From an uncultured Gammaproteobacteria bacterium (GTDB lineage: Bacteria > Patescibacteriota > Patescibacteriia > Magasanikbacterales > GWA2-37-8): a DNA stretch of 64,000 nucleotides. A program made the translations under genes and the position numbers. The stretch covers positions 1,079,723 through 1,143,722 of the forward strand of contig CAZQUL010000001.1 of assembly GCA_964596525.1 (NCBI GenBank), written 5' to 3'. The notes beneath the pieces are model-generated. The model made no database searches. It was not told the DNA's origin and was given only the letters and a program-made list of their open reading frames with translations. Shown piece by piece: positions 1 through 10,078 of the stretch (positions are counted from its first letter, which is position 1; each line of letters starts with the position of its first letter).

Positions 1-1
1 G

Positions 2-1084
2 GTTGACGAGCGTGACCGTCTCTACGGTCGCGGCACGGCCGACGACGGCTACGCGCTGTTTGCGGCGATGGGCGCATTAACCATCCTCAATACGCAGTAC
101 TGGAGCCTGCCGCGCTGCATTATCCTCATCGAAATGAGCGAAGAGTCCGGCAGCCCGCATCTCACGGCCCACCTTGAAGCGCTCAAGGAGCGTATCGGAA
201 AACCTGATATGGTGGCGTGCCTAGACGCCGGCTGCGGCGATTACAAGCGAGCCTGGGTCGCCACATCGCTGCGCGGGACGATTTCGTTCAAGCTGGGCGT
301 ACGGGTACTGGCGCAGGGCGTTCACTCCGGTGAAGCTGGCGGCATTGTACCAGATAGCATGCGCATCATGCGCGCACTCCTCAACCGTCTCGAAGATGCA
401 GAGACGGGCAGGATTCACCTGTCGTCGGCCAACGTCGTCATTCCGTCCGATCGGTTGCGCGAGTCGTACGCGGCTGGCAACCTGCTCGGTGCCGAGGCAC
501 TGCATAAGCTCTTTCCGCTCGCGGGCGCAACACGGCTCATGAAGGACGAGCCCGATTTGCTTCTCGTGAGCAATGCCTGGGAACCCTCGCTCACCGTGAT
601 CGGCATCGAAGACGGCGTGCCCGAAAAGGACCGCCAAAGTCCCGGTAATACACTGCGCTCCGAAACGATTTTCCATTGCTCGCTCCGGATTCCCCCGACT
701 GCCGATCCTGAAGCCGTAATCCGCGAGCTCAGGGCGCTTCTCACTGCGCCCGGGCAGATTCCATATAACGCGGACGTCACGCTCACGATCAACGGCGGCT
801 ATGCCGGCTGGAATTCCAAGCCGCATGCCAGCTGGCTCGAGCAGGCCATCCACCACGGCTCACAAGCGTTCTTCGGCAATCCGCCGGGACTCATGGGCGT
901 GGGTGGTTCCATTCCGTTCGTGGAGATCTTCCGCCGCATGTTTCCCGACGCCGAGTCGATCATCACCGGCATCCTGGGACCAGAATCAAATGCGCATGGA
1001 CCTAACGAGTTCGCGCACAAACCGATGCTCAAGATGCTCACGGCATGGCTCGCGGAAATCCTCGCAGCGTTCGTAGCGCGGTGA
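2..1084 (+). CDS. M20/M25/M40 family metallopeptidase (5'-truncated by window edge)
   Basis: Frame is open from base 2: LYGRGTADDGY, MSEESGS, HSG, GGSIP, NAHGPNE are typical M20 dipeptidase motifs. Confidence 0.9.
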   Translation, partial: VDERDRLYGRGTADDGYALFAAMGALTILNTQYWSLPRCIILIEMSEESGSPHLTAHLEALKERIGKPDMVACLDAGCGDYKRAWVATSLRGTISFKLGVRVLAQGVHSGEAGGIVPDSMRIMRALLNRLEDAETGRIHLSSANVVIPSDRLRESYAAGNLLGAEALHKLFPLAGATRLMKDEPDLLLVSNAWEPSLTVIGIEDGVPEKDRQSPGNTLRSETIFHCSLRIPPTADPEAVIRELRALLTAPGQIPYNADVTLTINGGYAGWNSKPHASWLEQAIHHGSQAFFGNPPGLMGVGGSIPFVEIFRRMFPDAESIITGILGPESNAHGPNEFAHKPMLKMLTAWLAEILAAFVAR

Positions 1085-1090
1085 GGTACC

Positions 1091-1119
1091 AAAAAACCAG
1101 CAGACTGTCTGCTGGTTTT
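1091..1119. terminator. Bidirectional intrinsic terminator
   Basis: AAAACCAGCAGA-ctg-TCTGCTGGTTTT hairpin between convergent genes. Confidence 0.7.
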
Positions 1120-1132
1120 CTTATTTTCTTTT

Positions 1133-1489
1133 TTAATTGCGGGCCTTCTTGAACTTGACGGTAAAGACCGGGTCGTAGACATTATTAAATTCATCTTGCA
1201 CTTCTACCCGCTCCCCTTTCATCATCTTGGTAAGTGCGGCATCAGAGAGGAGAAGAATATCGGCCGCGGCATCGGCCGCCAAGCGGTCGAGCTCGGCAAA
1301 CTCGCTCGCCATACCGCTTTGTATAGCACCTTCGATCTGTTTTTTCTTTTCACGGAGCGCCTTGAGGCTCGTCAGCGTATTCTGATATTCCAGACTATTT
1401 TTGAGGGCGTCTTTGTAGATTTCTTTAAGCTCTTTTTGTTTGCGTTTGTTGTCGCGTAAGCGGTTGAAGACTTCTTGGATGTCCTGCAT
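1133..1489 (-). CDS. Hypothetical coiled-coil protein
   Basis: 118-aa charged helical ORF with T-ATG start. Confidence 0.7.
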   Translation of the reverse strand: MQDIQEVFNRLRDNKRKQKELKEIYKDALKNSLEYQNTLTSLKALREKKKQIEGAIQSGMASEFAELDRLAADAAADILLLSDAALTKMMKGERVEVQDEFNNVYDPVFTVKFKKARN

Positions 1490-1577
1490 AGAAAAAAGCT
1501 ACATTAAAGTGGGTATATAATAGCACGCTGCAACGTAGTTGTCAGCATCAAAAAACCCTTTCGGTTTTACGAAAGGA

Positions 1578-2780
1578 TTAGGGGAAAAGACAACGACGAT
1601 GGAGAGCGCGATGGAACCGCCACTCGTTGAGTCGATCGGCGAGGAATACCGTAAGACCGGCGACGATCGACTCGGTGGAACCGATGGCAGCCAGCACCCA
1701 ACCATTACTCATGAGTCCGGTAGCAGCGCCGATGATGCCCATGAAGGGAGCCATAGCCGCACCGAGCATGAGCCCCAGCCGGGCCGGGTTGGTAAAATCC
1801 TGGCGAAACGCGAGCCGGTTAAGTTCCTTAGTCGACAGCGGTTCTACTTTGTTTTCAAAAACGAGCTGCCGCAGGTTTTTCCGGTACATGAAAATCGACT
1901 GGATGGCTGTCGTGAGGGAAAGCGCCACTGCGGACAGCCCGAAGACCACGCCGGCGAGAATGAGGTGCCCGCCTTTGAGGAGCGTATTCACTGACAGAGC
2001 GCCGCATGTCGCAAGAGCAAAAACAGGAATAAGGACATACGAGCGTTTAACGAGTTCTTTCCACGAAAATCCCGAACCGCGCAACGCCATGACCTCGGCC
2101 GCTTCACCGATGACATCGTCGGCCGAGGCGGCAAAGAGCTTGCCGATACCCGAGACGTAGTGCTCGAGCGCGTGCGCGATGGGACCGACGAAGAGCAAAG
2201 CTTTCACGATGGTCGAAGCGATCTCGGTACGCTCACGGGCATTGTCGGCGATGACGCGGTAAATCGAGTAGTCTACGGCGAGCGGGTAGATGAGCTCCGA
2301 GAGCTCGGTCATAAGCTGCTGCTCAGCTTTGCTGATGCGGACGTTATCTTCGTCGATAAGGACAAGACGCTTGAATCTGAGCCGGTCGGTGAGGATGAGG
2401 CGCACCGCCTCGTCAAGATCGCATCCTTCGGCCCGAGCCCGCTCATGATCCGCTGGTGTTAAATACGGCACTTTCTGGTGGCGCAACAGATCGGGCAACC
2501 AGCTGAGCACGAAGTTCCCTTGGCTCAAAGTACTAATCGCGTGCACGGCCTTCAAGATATTATCCGGCGTTTTGAGCACGGTTCTCACCCCGATGGCCTT
2601 GCCCTGCGAAAGAATCGCGCGGATTTTTTCTTTATACTCCGGACGGTGGGCAAAAATGTACCGGATCTCGACCGGCAGATACTCCGGATGATCTATTTCT
2701 TCGGGGAGCGAAAGCACCTTCACTTCGTACGAACCGACCGGCGAAGGTTTGGGTCGTATCATCCATTGCAGAAAGTCCAT
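1578..2780 (-). CDS. Hypothetical membrane protein (soluble N-domain, about 4-6 C-terminal TM helices)
   Basis: 400-aa ORF, GGAGG upstream of the ATG, hydrophobic C-terminal half. Confidence 0.75.
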   Translation of the reverse strand: MDFLQWMIRPKPSPVGSYEVKVLSLPEEIDHPEYLPVEIRYIFAHRPEYKEKIRAILSQGKAIGVRTVLKTPDNILKAVHAISTLSQGNFVLSWLPDLLRHQKVPYLTPADHERARAEGCDLDEAVRLILTDRLRFKRLVLIDEDNVRISKAEQQLMTELSELIYPLAVDYSIYRVIADNARERTEIASTIVKALLFVGPIAHALEHYVSGIGKLFAASADDVIGEAAEVMALRGSGFSWKELVKRSYVLIPVFALATCGALSVNTLLKGGHLILAGVVFGLSAVALSLTTAIQSIFMYRKNLRQLVFENKVEPLSTKELNRLAFRQDFTNPARLGLMLGAAMAPFMGIIGAATGLMSNGWVLAAIGSTESIVAGLTVFLADRLNEWRFHRALHRRCLFP

Positions 2781-2892
2781 TTCCAGCCTCCTTGGGGGTA
2801 CGGGGGTACAGGGCCCACCTTAGCAGAAGAGGTTAGATAAGGCAAATCAAAGCCCGCCTACATTAAAGCTTTACGCCTATGCCTCAAGTAGA

Positions 2893-2921
2893 TTGACAGA
2901 TCAGACGATCCGTGATAGTGT
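2893..2921 (+). promoter_or_regulatory. sigma70 promoter
   Basis: TTGACA-17bp-TAGTGT with extended -10 TG. Confidence 0.6.
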
Positions 2922-2955
2922 ATCTCGTCCAAACACGGACAGAAAGGATACTGTG

Positions 2956-3351
2956 ATGCGTAAAAAGAATCAGTATGCACTGGTCAGCATCGTGTATGCA
3001 GCAGCGCTCCTCGGATCGAACGCTCGCGCGGAGGACGAGCCGGTGCCGTCAGGCAACACGACCATCGCAACATACAAGATGGACCTGAGCTGTGGGGAGT
3101 CCCGGCGGATCTGGATCTCCCGGCATCTCTGCGCGTCATCCACAACCTCGATCGCTGACATCGATGCGCGACTGCGGCAGCTTCTGACCGGCCACCTTAT
3201 CACCCGCTCGCCGATCGACGGCGATAGCGAGAGAGACTTCGCCTACCACAATCACGTAGTCCAAGGAAGCACTCCGAACACCTGCCAGAACAAGGATCCG
3301 GTGGACATCCTGAAGACCATCACGCCCTACCTGTGCTCAACCCAACGCTGA
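2956..3351 (+). CDS. Hypothetical secreted protein
   Basis: AAAGGA SD; signal peptide MRKKNQYALVSIVYAAALLGSNARA; 4 Cys; followed by a terminator. Confidence 0.7.
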   Translation: MRKKNQYALVSIVYAAALLGSNARAEDEPVPSGNTTIATYKMDLSCGESRRIWISRHLCASSTTSIADIDARLRQLLTGHLITRSPIDGDSERDFAYHNHVVQGSTPNTCQNKDPVDILKTITPYLCSTQR

Positions 3352-3374
3352 ACGCAACGATGATGGATGTAATA

Positions 3375-3411
3375 CACCCGTGCAGAGATCTAGGTCTGCA
3401 CGGGTGATTTT
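3375..3411 (+). terminator. Intrinsic terminator
   Basis: CACCCGTGCAGA...TCTGCACGGGTG 12-bp stem plus T-run. Confidence 0.75.
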
Positions 3412-3426
3412 TATATGTCTAAACTA

Positions 3427-4506
3427 CTAAAGTTCTATAGTGGAAAAATCGCCAACGATAAGTCGTTGTTCATTTTTTTCAGACGGTGCGATGAGCCGGG
3501 CTTTTTCGCCAATGATACTGCTGGTAAGTTTAAGGGGCGCACTAATCTCTACTCCGCCAAAAATTATTGAGCGAGCTATCGTAGAATTTTTAATCGTTAC
3601 TCCGTCGCCAATCGATACATAGGGGCCAATGTGAGACGCTTCCACCGTAACATTATCACCAATAATAACAGGGCCCCAAATAGTAACGTCTGGACTCAGC
3701 CGAACATGCTTGCCCAATTTCACAGCACCCTCAATACCTTCTAGAGAAGCGTTAAACTCTTGAGAGTGGGAAGCAATCCGCTCATCGAGCAGTAATTGAT
3801 TGGCATGCAGAAGGTCATCCGGTTTACCCGTATCTTTCCACCATCCAGTAATTTCTTCGGTTGCCACGTTAAAATCATTCTTCAAGAAATACGAATGGAT
3901 GCTGGAAATCTCGTACTCGCCGCGCGGCGACTTCTCGATATGATCGAACGCTTTGTAAAAATGGTGGTTGTAGAGATAAATCCCCGTTACCGCAAAATCG
4001 CTTGGCGGATTGGCCGGTTTTTCAAAAACGTCGACCAACTTCCCTTGGGTATCAAACGCCGGCACGCCGAAACGCTCTGGGTCCGGAACTTTCGCCAACG
4101 TAAGCAGGCAGTCCAGATTTCCGGCCGCGAATTTATCAACGAGGGGTCTGAGGCTTCCGAGAATGATGTTATCGGAAAGATAGAACATGAACGGATCCGA
4201 ACCGATGAACGGTTCCGCACATTTGACGACATGGGCGATTCCCTGCGGCCCGCCGGTCTGTTCAAAATACGTAACTGTTATCCCCCAGCGGCTGCCATCG
4301 CCCACGACGGATTGGATCTGCGTGTCACCCGGGTTGGTGTTGATGAAAATCTCGGTAATGCCGGCTTCAATGACTTTTTCGATAGCATGAAAAATCATCG
4401 GCTTGCCGGCGAGCGGAATGAGATGCTTGTTGATGGTCGAAGTAATGGGGCGCAGGCGCGTGGCGCGACCGCCGCCCGTGAGAATGGCTTTGGTAATGCG
4501 AGACAT
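3427..4506 (-). CDS. Glucose-1-phosphate thymidylyltransferase, long form with hexapeptide C-domain
   Basis: GGRATRLRPIT..NKHLIP, EKP, RGEYEI, WWKDTG motifs; C-terminal left-handed beta-helix repeats. Confidence 0.9.
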   Translation of the reverse strand: MSRITKAILTGGGRATRLRPITSTINKHLIPLAGKPMIFHAIEKVIEAGITEIFINTNPGDTQIQSVVGDGSRWGITVTYFEQTGGPQGIAHVVKCAEPFIGSDPFMFYLSDNIILGSLRPLVDKFAAGNLDCLLTLAKVPDPERFGVPAFDTQGKLVDVFEKPANPPSDFAVTGIYLYNHHFYKAFDHIEKSPRGEYEISSIHSYFLKNDFNVATEEITGWWKDTGKPDDLLHANQLLLDERIASHSQEFNASLEGIEGAVKLGKHVRLSPDVTIWGPVIIGDNVTVEASHIGPYVSIGDGVTIKNSTIARSIIFGGVEISAPLKLTSSIIGEKARLIAPSEKNEQRLIVGDFSTIEL

Positions 4507-4523
4507 ATATGAATCTATAGCAC

Positions 4524-4636
4524 GTCATTGCGAGGAGCGAGGTACGAGTGATGAAGCAATCCCCTTGATAACAGAGCGGGCTCTGAAGTACGGAGGGACT
4601 GCTTCGTCCTTCGCTACGCTTCGTCCTCGCAATGAC
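4524..4636. repeat. Long palindromic REP-like element, copy A
   Basis: GTCATTGCGAGG...GAAGCAATCCC-loop-GGGACTGCTTC...CCTCGCAATGAC; related copies at 37815, 52695, 54507. Confidence 0.85.
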
Positions 4637-4711
4637 AGATGTTTCTCAGCTTAACATGGGAAATATCGATTGAAAAGAAAAACCCCGGTTAAGGGGTCTT
4701 TTTTGGCTTTT

Positions 4712-6007
4712 CTACTGGGTTTTATCGAAATCAGCGGCAGCGAGCTCCAGGGCTTTATGCTTATCCTGGCACTTCTTGGCCTGCTCAATGAGGCGATAAG
4801 ACTCCCGCCGAAGCACACCCGCGCAATCGCGCAGAAGACCGGGCAAGAGCGGGGCAAAGACCGGCAGAGGGTTCATAATCCTGCCCATCGCAACACCCTG
4901 CTTACCGTCGATGTCAGCGACGACAAAGGCTTCGAGCGCCTCGTCGGTCTTTTTATTGCACCGCCAGTACAGGGTGAGACGGACCTTCGTGGCGTCGGGA
5001 TGCCACCACCGGTTTAGGCTGCGCAAGCTATCGCGCGGAAACGCGTCATCTCCGTTGTAGCCGAACGGATATGCGACCAGGAACTCGGCGCCCTCCAGAT
5101 GAGGCTGTTCATCCGGGTCGACAGCACCGACGCGGATGGAATCCATCTTCAGGTTCTTAAACGGTGCCTGCGCCATGCCAAAGCGACGCTTACGCAGGAG
5201 CTTGCGGATCGCCGGGTGCGTATCGGGGTTATCGATGGTCTGATCCAGGCTTTCGACCGATATACGGCTCGCGAAGCGGTCGTAGTCGTCGTAATGGATG
5301 TTGCGTGCAGTGCACAGCCAGGGAAAGAGATAGCGCTGATTATTTGCCCGCGCCAAGAGTGCTTTTTCCTCTAGCCGACGGACGATTTCAAAGGAAACAT
5401 CGGGGTTACGGATAATGTCTCCCACTGCCACCGCCTCGTGCGCTCCTGCGCTCGAAAAATAGTCAATCAAGGCTTCAATCTGCTGCGGATCGAACTTGGA
5501 CTCAGCCAGATCAATGCACCAGATATTTTCCAGCAGAGACCGAAAAGGTCCGGCTCCGGAAAAATCCCCTTGTATCCTATGCTGGCGTGAAGGACGGCCG
5601 TGTTCCATGGAAAGATTGAGGGTCGAAAGCTTGGCATTGACGAAGTTGAGTCCGCGCAATAACTTATGCCGCGGCGTTTCGTCGAGCACGACTCTCTCAC
5701 CGGAAAGGAGGATCTGACAGACCAGATCAGCCGACGTACAATTTACCGTGCTGTTGAAAGAAGGCGGACCATTATCTTGGAAATCCACTGGCGCAATAAG
5801 AATCGGCTGGTGGAAACCGAGCTTAAGCATGATGCTTTGGGCAAAGCGTTCCTTTTCCGGATGGCGAACGTTACGGGACGTAAAAACGCTCAACTCCGCG
5901 ACACCATGATCGAGGTCCTCAATCTGGGAACGGCCCTTGGACCAGGTTGCGGGGAAGAACCGCGGCAGTAAACGAACGAGCGAGTGAAGAGCTTGGTATG
6001 CATCCAT
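4712..6007 (-). CDS. Hypothetical protein, paralog of 6172-7512
   Basis: Start reassigned to MDAYQ after GAAGGAAGG; shares IMLxLGF, KLxRGLN, IQGDFxGA, FPRDxLRxxxRWW, RLxLYW with its neighbour. Confidence 0.75.
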   Translation of the reverse strand: MDAYQALHSLVRLLPRFFPATWSKGRSQIEDLDHGVAELSVFTSRNVRHPEKERFAQSIMLKLGFHQPILIAPVDFQDNGPPSFNSTVNCTSADLVCQILLSGERVVLDETPRHKLLRGLNFVNAKLSTLNLSMEHGRPSRQHRIQGDFSGAGPFRSLLENIWCIDLAESKFDPQQIEALIDYFSSAGAHEAVAVGDIIRNPDVSFEIVRRLEEKALLARANNQRYLFPWLCTARNIHYDDYDRFASRISVESLDQTIDNPDTHPAIRKLLRKRRFGMAQAPFKNLKMDSIRVGAVDPDEQPHLEGAEFLVAYPFGYNGDDAFPRDSLRSLNRWWHPDATKVRLTLYWRCNKKTDEALEAFVVADIDGKQGVAMGRIMNPLPVFAPLLPGLLRDCAGVLRRESYRLIEQAKKCQDKHKALELAAADFDKTQ

Positions 6008-6086
6008 AACCACACCTTCCTTCTGGTTGGCAACGAACGAACTGAACCTTTTGAGTATTCCTTGCGTGTAGTGCAAGGAATAGGAT

Positions 6087-6115
6087 GTTATAAACAAAGA
6101 CGCATCAAAAGTCAA
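6087..6115 (-). promoter_or_regulatory. sigma70 promoter
   Basis: TTGACT-17bp-TATAAC. Confidence 0.55.
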
Positions 6116-6171
6116 GAATGTGTTCATGAGAATGATAAAACCCCTTGGCAGGGGTTGGGTTGTTGGCGTGA

Positions 6172-7512
6172 CTAGCACACGTTCATGCGGTTCGCGATTT
6201 CGAGCTCAACGGCCTTGAGACGGCTTTCAACAGTTCGGATTTCCATCTCGAGCTGATTACGCTCGCTCCGTAGCCGGGCCGCGACGGCGCCGAAAATCTC
6301 AGGCAAGAACCGGGAAAATACCCGCTCCGGCCGTTCAAGCGAACCCATCACGATCGTTTGGTCGCGGTGGTCGGCATGCTTCATGCCGACGATCCACGCT
6401 TCGAAACGGCGGCCTGTGGAGCCGGGTTTGGTCCACCAGTACAACTCGAGACGCGCGTTATTCAGATCGTAATTCCACCACCGTTCGGCGTGGCGCAATG
6501 CGTCGCGGGGAAACTCGTCGTTTCCAAAGCCATGAAATACGAATGTCGCGATGCACTCCCCGCTTTTTGCCATAAGGTTGTAGTCCGCTCCGATATGGCG
6601 GCGCACGACAACCGAATCAACGGGAAGCGAACGGAACCGTTCCGGCGCAAGGGCATGACGGCGCATGCGCAGGTTCTTGCGAACGAGGGCGTTGGTAAGC
6701 GAATCTTCGATCGCATCATCGAGATGCTTGTCATCGATCCGACCAGCGAACCGTTCGACGGCTGCCTCCGGGATTGCCCGCGCACGGCATAGCCAGATAA
6801 AACTATGCTGCCGTGTCCCAACATGGCTCGACTGACCTACAGCAGCAAGAGTCTTGGCCTCCAATCTCTCGACCTGCTCCCAGGTAACAAGAGCGTTGCA
6901 GAAAATGTCTCGCGCAGCGTTTCCGTAACGCCCATCAAGACTCTGGACGAACGCTGCGATCTGCTCACCATCGAACGTCGAGGTGGTCAGATCGATCTTG
7001 TCGGCATGTTCGACGAGCTTCTCAAGCGGCCTCGCACCGGTAAAATCCCCTTGGATCTTGTTCGTGTACGAGAGAGGACCGTTCTCCAAAAAAATCTTTA
7101 TCCGATCGAGCGCGGCATTCTTGAGGTTGAGACCCCGAAAAAGCTTGGCGACCGGATCATTTTTTAGGATGAACGTCACCCCGGAAAGCAGGAGGCAGCG
7201 GGCAATATCGCCGCGGGTAAACTCGGCCGTACCCGTGAAACGAAGCGGCGCAGGCACAACCTGGGCTCCCGGATTAAGAGCGTGCGGTCGCGGAGAATTA
7301 TCTAGCGGCTCGGCAGTAAAACCGAGCCCGAGCATGATCTTATGGAAGAGTTCTTCTCGCGCCGGATCGCGATGATTCCCGACAGAGAATATCTTAACCT
7401 CCATTCCATCTTTTATTTTCTTCATGCTCACTCGCGCACTCATCAAGCGCAAATTGAAAGGAGCGCGGCGCAAGAAATCGGCTACCGAACGTACAGCGGT
7501 TTGCGCATTCAT
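6172..7512 (-). CDS. Hypothetical protein, paralog of 4712-6007
   Basis: Start MNAQT after AAGGAGG; collinear motifs shared with the downstream gene; C-terminal coiled coil. Confidence 0.75.
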   Translation of the reverse strand: MNAQTAVRSVADFLRRAPFNLRLMSARVSMKKIKDGMEVKIFSVGNHRDPAREELFHKIMLGLGFTAEPLDNSPRPHALNPGAQVVPAPLRFTGTAEFTRGDIARCLLLSGVTFILKNDPVAKLFRGLNLKNAALDRIKIFLENGPLSYTNKIQGDFTGARPLEKLVEHADKIDLTTSTFDGEQIAAFVQSLDGRYGNAARDIFCNALVTWEQVERLEAKTLAAVGQSSHVGTRQHSFIWLCRARAIPEAAVERFAGRIDDKHLDDAIEDSLTNALVRKNLRMRRHALAPERFRSLPVDSVVVRRHIGADYNLMAKSGECIATFVFHGFGNDEFPRDALRHAERWWNYDLNNARLELYWWTKPGSTGRRFEAWIVGMKHADHRDQTIVMGSLERPERVFSRFLPEIFGAVAARLRSERNQLEMEIRTVESRLKAVELEIANRMNVC

Positions 7513-7578
7513 ACTTTCCTCCTTCAGGCATACCAGACGGACAAGAACGAGTACTTCTCGTTCTTTAAGGATCATCGC

Positions 7579-7607
7579 TTTATACCCAGAATAACCAAAA
7601 AAGTCAA
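7579..7607 (-). promoter_or_regulatory. sigma70 promoter
   Basis: TTGACT-17bp-TATAAA. Confidence 0.55.
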
Positions 7608-7651
7608 GCTCAACGAGCCGACAAGACAGGTTAGGTAGGCGACATGGTCTT

Positions 7652-8725
7652 TTAATCCACTACCTGATGGATGATGTCGAGCACGACATGCTCTTCAATC
7701 TTCGGCAACATGCCGTGGAATTTTTCTCCCATCTGGCGTCGGCGCTCAGGATTATTCATGAGCTCCCGGACTTCACGGGAAAGACGCGGGCCGCCATCAA
7801 GTCCTTCGTGGAGCTCTAATAGCGCCCCGGATACGGAGAAAAAGCGTACGTTAGCTTCTTGGTGTGTCCCGGGCATAGGTATGATGACAGCAGCTTTTCT
7901 GAGGCTTGCCAGCTCACCGAGCGTACCAAAACCAGCGCGAGCGACCACCACATCGGCCAGGCTATACGCTAAAGCCATTTCATCGGTGAAAAATTTGTAC
8001 ACGTGATAATTGGGGAATGCTTTAGCGGCACGCTCTTCCAAATCGCCTGGGCGTTCTTTGCCGGTGAGGTGGATGATGTGCCAGTCGCGCGGCCAACTCG
8101 CGATAGCTTCGAGAATCATGCGGTTAACCGTTATGGAACCGGTACCACCACCGAGCGCAAAGACAACCGGTGCATCCGGCGGAATACCAAAAAACGCGGC
8201 TGCCTTGGTACGATCAGCAGCTTCAAGCACGCGGACTGGATTGCCGGTCCACACAGTCTTCTTACGCGGAAAATGATGCGCTGTGGCTTCGAGCGCTGTA
8301 GTAACTTTTCGGGCTACGGGCACCATGAGTTTGACGGCGAAACCCGGAATAACGTCTTGCTGGTGGATCCACGAGGGAATACCCAGAAGCGCTCCGGCCC
8401 AATGCAAAGGTACGCTTACGTACCCGCCGGCCGAAATGAGAAGATCCGGCCGCTCGTGGAGTAAAAACAGAATGGACTGGAAAAACGCCACGATGATACG
8501 GAAGATATCGAGAAAATTAGTCCACGAAAAATACCGGCGCCACTTCCCTGCCCCGATGGCAAAGAAGGGAACGCCGGCTTTTTCGACGATTTCGCGCTCT
8601 GGTCCCTGTTTCGTTCCTACCCAAGCAAAGGTGGTGTCGGGCAGATGTTTAACTATGACACGGCGCAGCTCGAGAAGCGGGGTTACTGGGCCGAGCGTAC
8701 CACCACCGGAGAAAACGATTTTCAT
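7652..8725 (-). CDS. murG: UDP-GlcNAc:lipid I N-acetylglucosamine transferase
   Basis: SGGGTLGPVTP, GGYVSVP, TGNPVR, GGGTGS, RAGFGT, HQEAN motifs. Confidence 0.9.
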   Translation of the reverse strand: MKIVFSGGGTLGPVTPLLELRRVIVKHLPDTTFAWVGTKQGPEREIVEKAGVPFFAIGAGKWRRYFSWTNFLDIFRIIVAFFQSILFLLHERPDLLISAGGYVSVPLHWAGALLGIPSWIHQQDVIPGFAVKLMVPVARKVTTALEATAHHFPRKKTVWTGNPVRVLEAADRTKAAAFFGIPPDAPVVFALGGGTGSITVNRMILEAIASWPRDWHIIHLTGKERPGDLEERAAKAFPNYHVYKFFTDEMALAYSLADVVVARAGFGTLGELASLRKAAVIIPMPGTHQEANVRFFSVSGALLELHEGLDGGPRLSREVRELMNNPERRRQMGEKFHGMLPKIEEHVVLDIIHQVVD

Positions 8726-8750
8726 AGGAGGAAGAAACCAGGACTAGACA

Positions 8751-10067
8751 TCAATAGTAATCTTTGAGTTTTTTGACGAGGTCGGATTGTTGGATGCGCT
8801 CGAGCGCTTTGGCTTCGATCTGGCGGATACGTTCGCGGGTGACACCAAACTCCTGACCGACTTCTTCGAGGGTGTGGGTTACACCATCAAGAAGGCCGAA
8901 ACGCATTTCGAGGATTTTCTGTTCACGCGGGGCAAGGTCTTGGATGGCTTTGGTGACGTAGTCGCGCAAAAGCTGGAGCGCAGCCGAGCGGTCGGGCGAG
9001 ACGTTTTTTACATCCTGGATGAAATCACCAAGCTGCGTGTCTTCGTCATCGTCACCAACTGGTACCTCGAGCGAGACCATGTCTTGCGAAATCTTCATGA
9101 TGTGGTTGATTTTTTCTACTGGCTCACCCATTTCGGCAGCCAGTTCTTCGGGGGTCGGGTCGCGACCCAAATCTTGGAGCAAGCGGCGGCGGATCTGCTG
9201 GAAGCGGTTAATGGTTTCTACCATGTGCACGGGGATACGGATGGTACGTGACTGGTCGGCCAAGGCACGGGTAATAGCCTGGCGGATCCACCACGTGGCG
9301 TAGGTAGAAAACTTGTAGCCTTTGCGGTAGTCGAATTTTTTGACCGCGCGGAAAAGGCCGATGTTACCTTCTTGGATAAGGTCGAGAAGCGACAAGCTCT
9401 TGCCCACGAATTTCTTGGCGATCGAGACGACAAGGCGCAGGTTGGCTTCGATAAGTTTGCGCTCAGCAGCCTTGTCATTGCGTTCTTTGCGTTTGGCGAG
9501 CGCCACTTCTTCTTCGGTTGTAAGAAGCGGAATCTTGCCGATTTCGCGCAAGTACATCTGGATGGAATCGGAAGAAATCTGGCTCAAATCGAACGGCACG
9601 TCCATGTCCGGCTGTTCGCCTTGGAACTGTTTGAGGACGCTGCGCTCGTCTTCTTTTTTAATACCAAGAAGCTGATTGGCACTCTCGACGAGCGAGACGC
9701 CCTGTTTGTCGAGAACGTCCAAAAAGCCTTCGTATAGATCGAGGTATTGCTCAGGATTGGTCATTACCTGAAAAAGTTCGATGTCGGTAATGAAGCCGCG
9801 GTGGCGACCTTTACGCACCAGTTCCCAGAGTGCTTCGAGTGTTGGCTCGGGAGCTGGTTCAAAGACAACCGGTACAACGGGTTTCTGCGGCTTAGCGGCT
9901 TTGTTGTTTTTGGCGGACGGTGCTGGAGTCTTGCTTTTTTTAGCGTCCGAAGAAGGTTTCTTGGCAACGGGTTTTTTGGGCTCAGAACGTTTTACGGGTT
10001 TAGCGGCTTTCGCCGGCTTGGCCGCACGTGACGCCGTAGCGCCGCGCGCAGGAGTCTTCTTAGGCAT
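8751..10067 (-). CDS. rpoD: Primary RNA polymerase sigma factor, K/A/P-rich N-extension
   Basis: [59 protein letters not shown]; directly downstream of dnaG. Confidence 0.95.
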   Translation of the reverse strand: MPKKTPARGATASRAAKPAKAAKPVKRSEPKKPVAKKPSSDAKKSKTPAPSAKNNKAAKPQKPVVPVVFEPAPEPTLEALWELVRKGRHRGFITDIELFQVMTNPEQYLDLYEGFLDVLDKQGVSLVESANQLLGIKKEDERSVLKQFQGEQPDMDVPFDLSQISSDSIQMYLREIGKIPLLTTEEEVALAKRKERNDKAAERKLIEANLRLVVSIAKKFVGKSLSLLDLIQEGNIGLFRAVKKFDYRKGYKFSTYATWWIRQAITRALADQSRTIRIPVHMVETINRFQQIRRRLLQDLGRDPTPEELAAEMGEPVEKINHIMKISQDMVSLEVPVGDDDEDTQLGDFIQDVKNVSPDRSAALQLLRDYVTKAIQDLAPREQKILEMRFGLLDGVTHTLEEVGQEFGVTRERIRQIEAKALERIQQSDLVKKLKDYY

Positions 10068-10078
10068 GGGACGATGTT

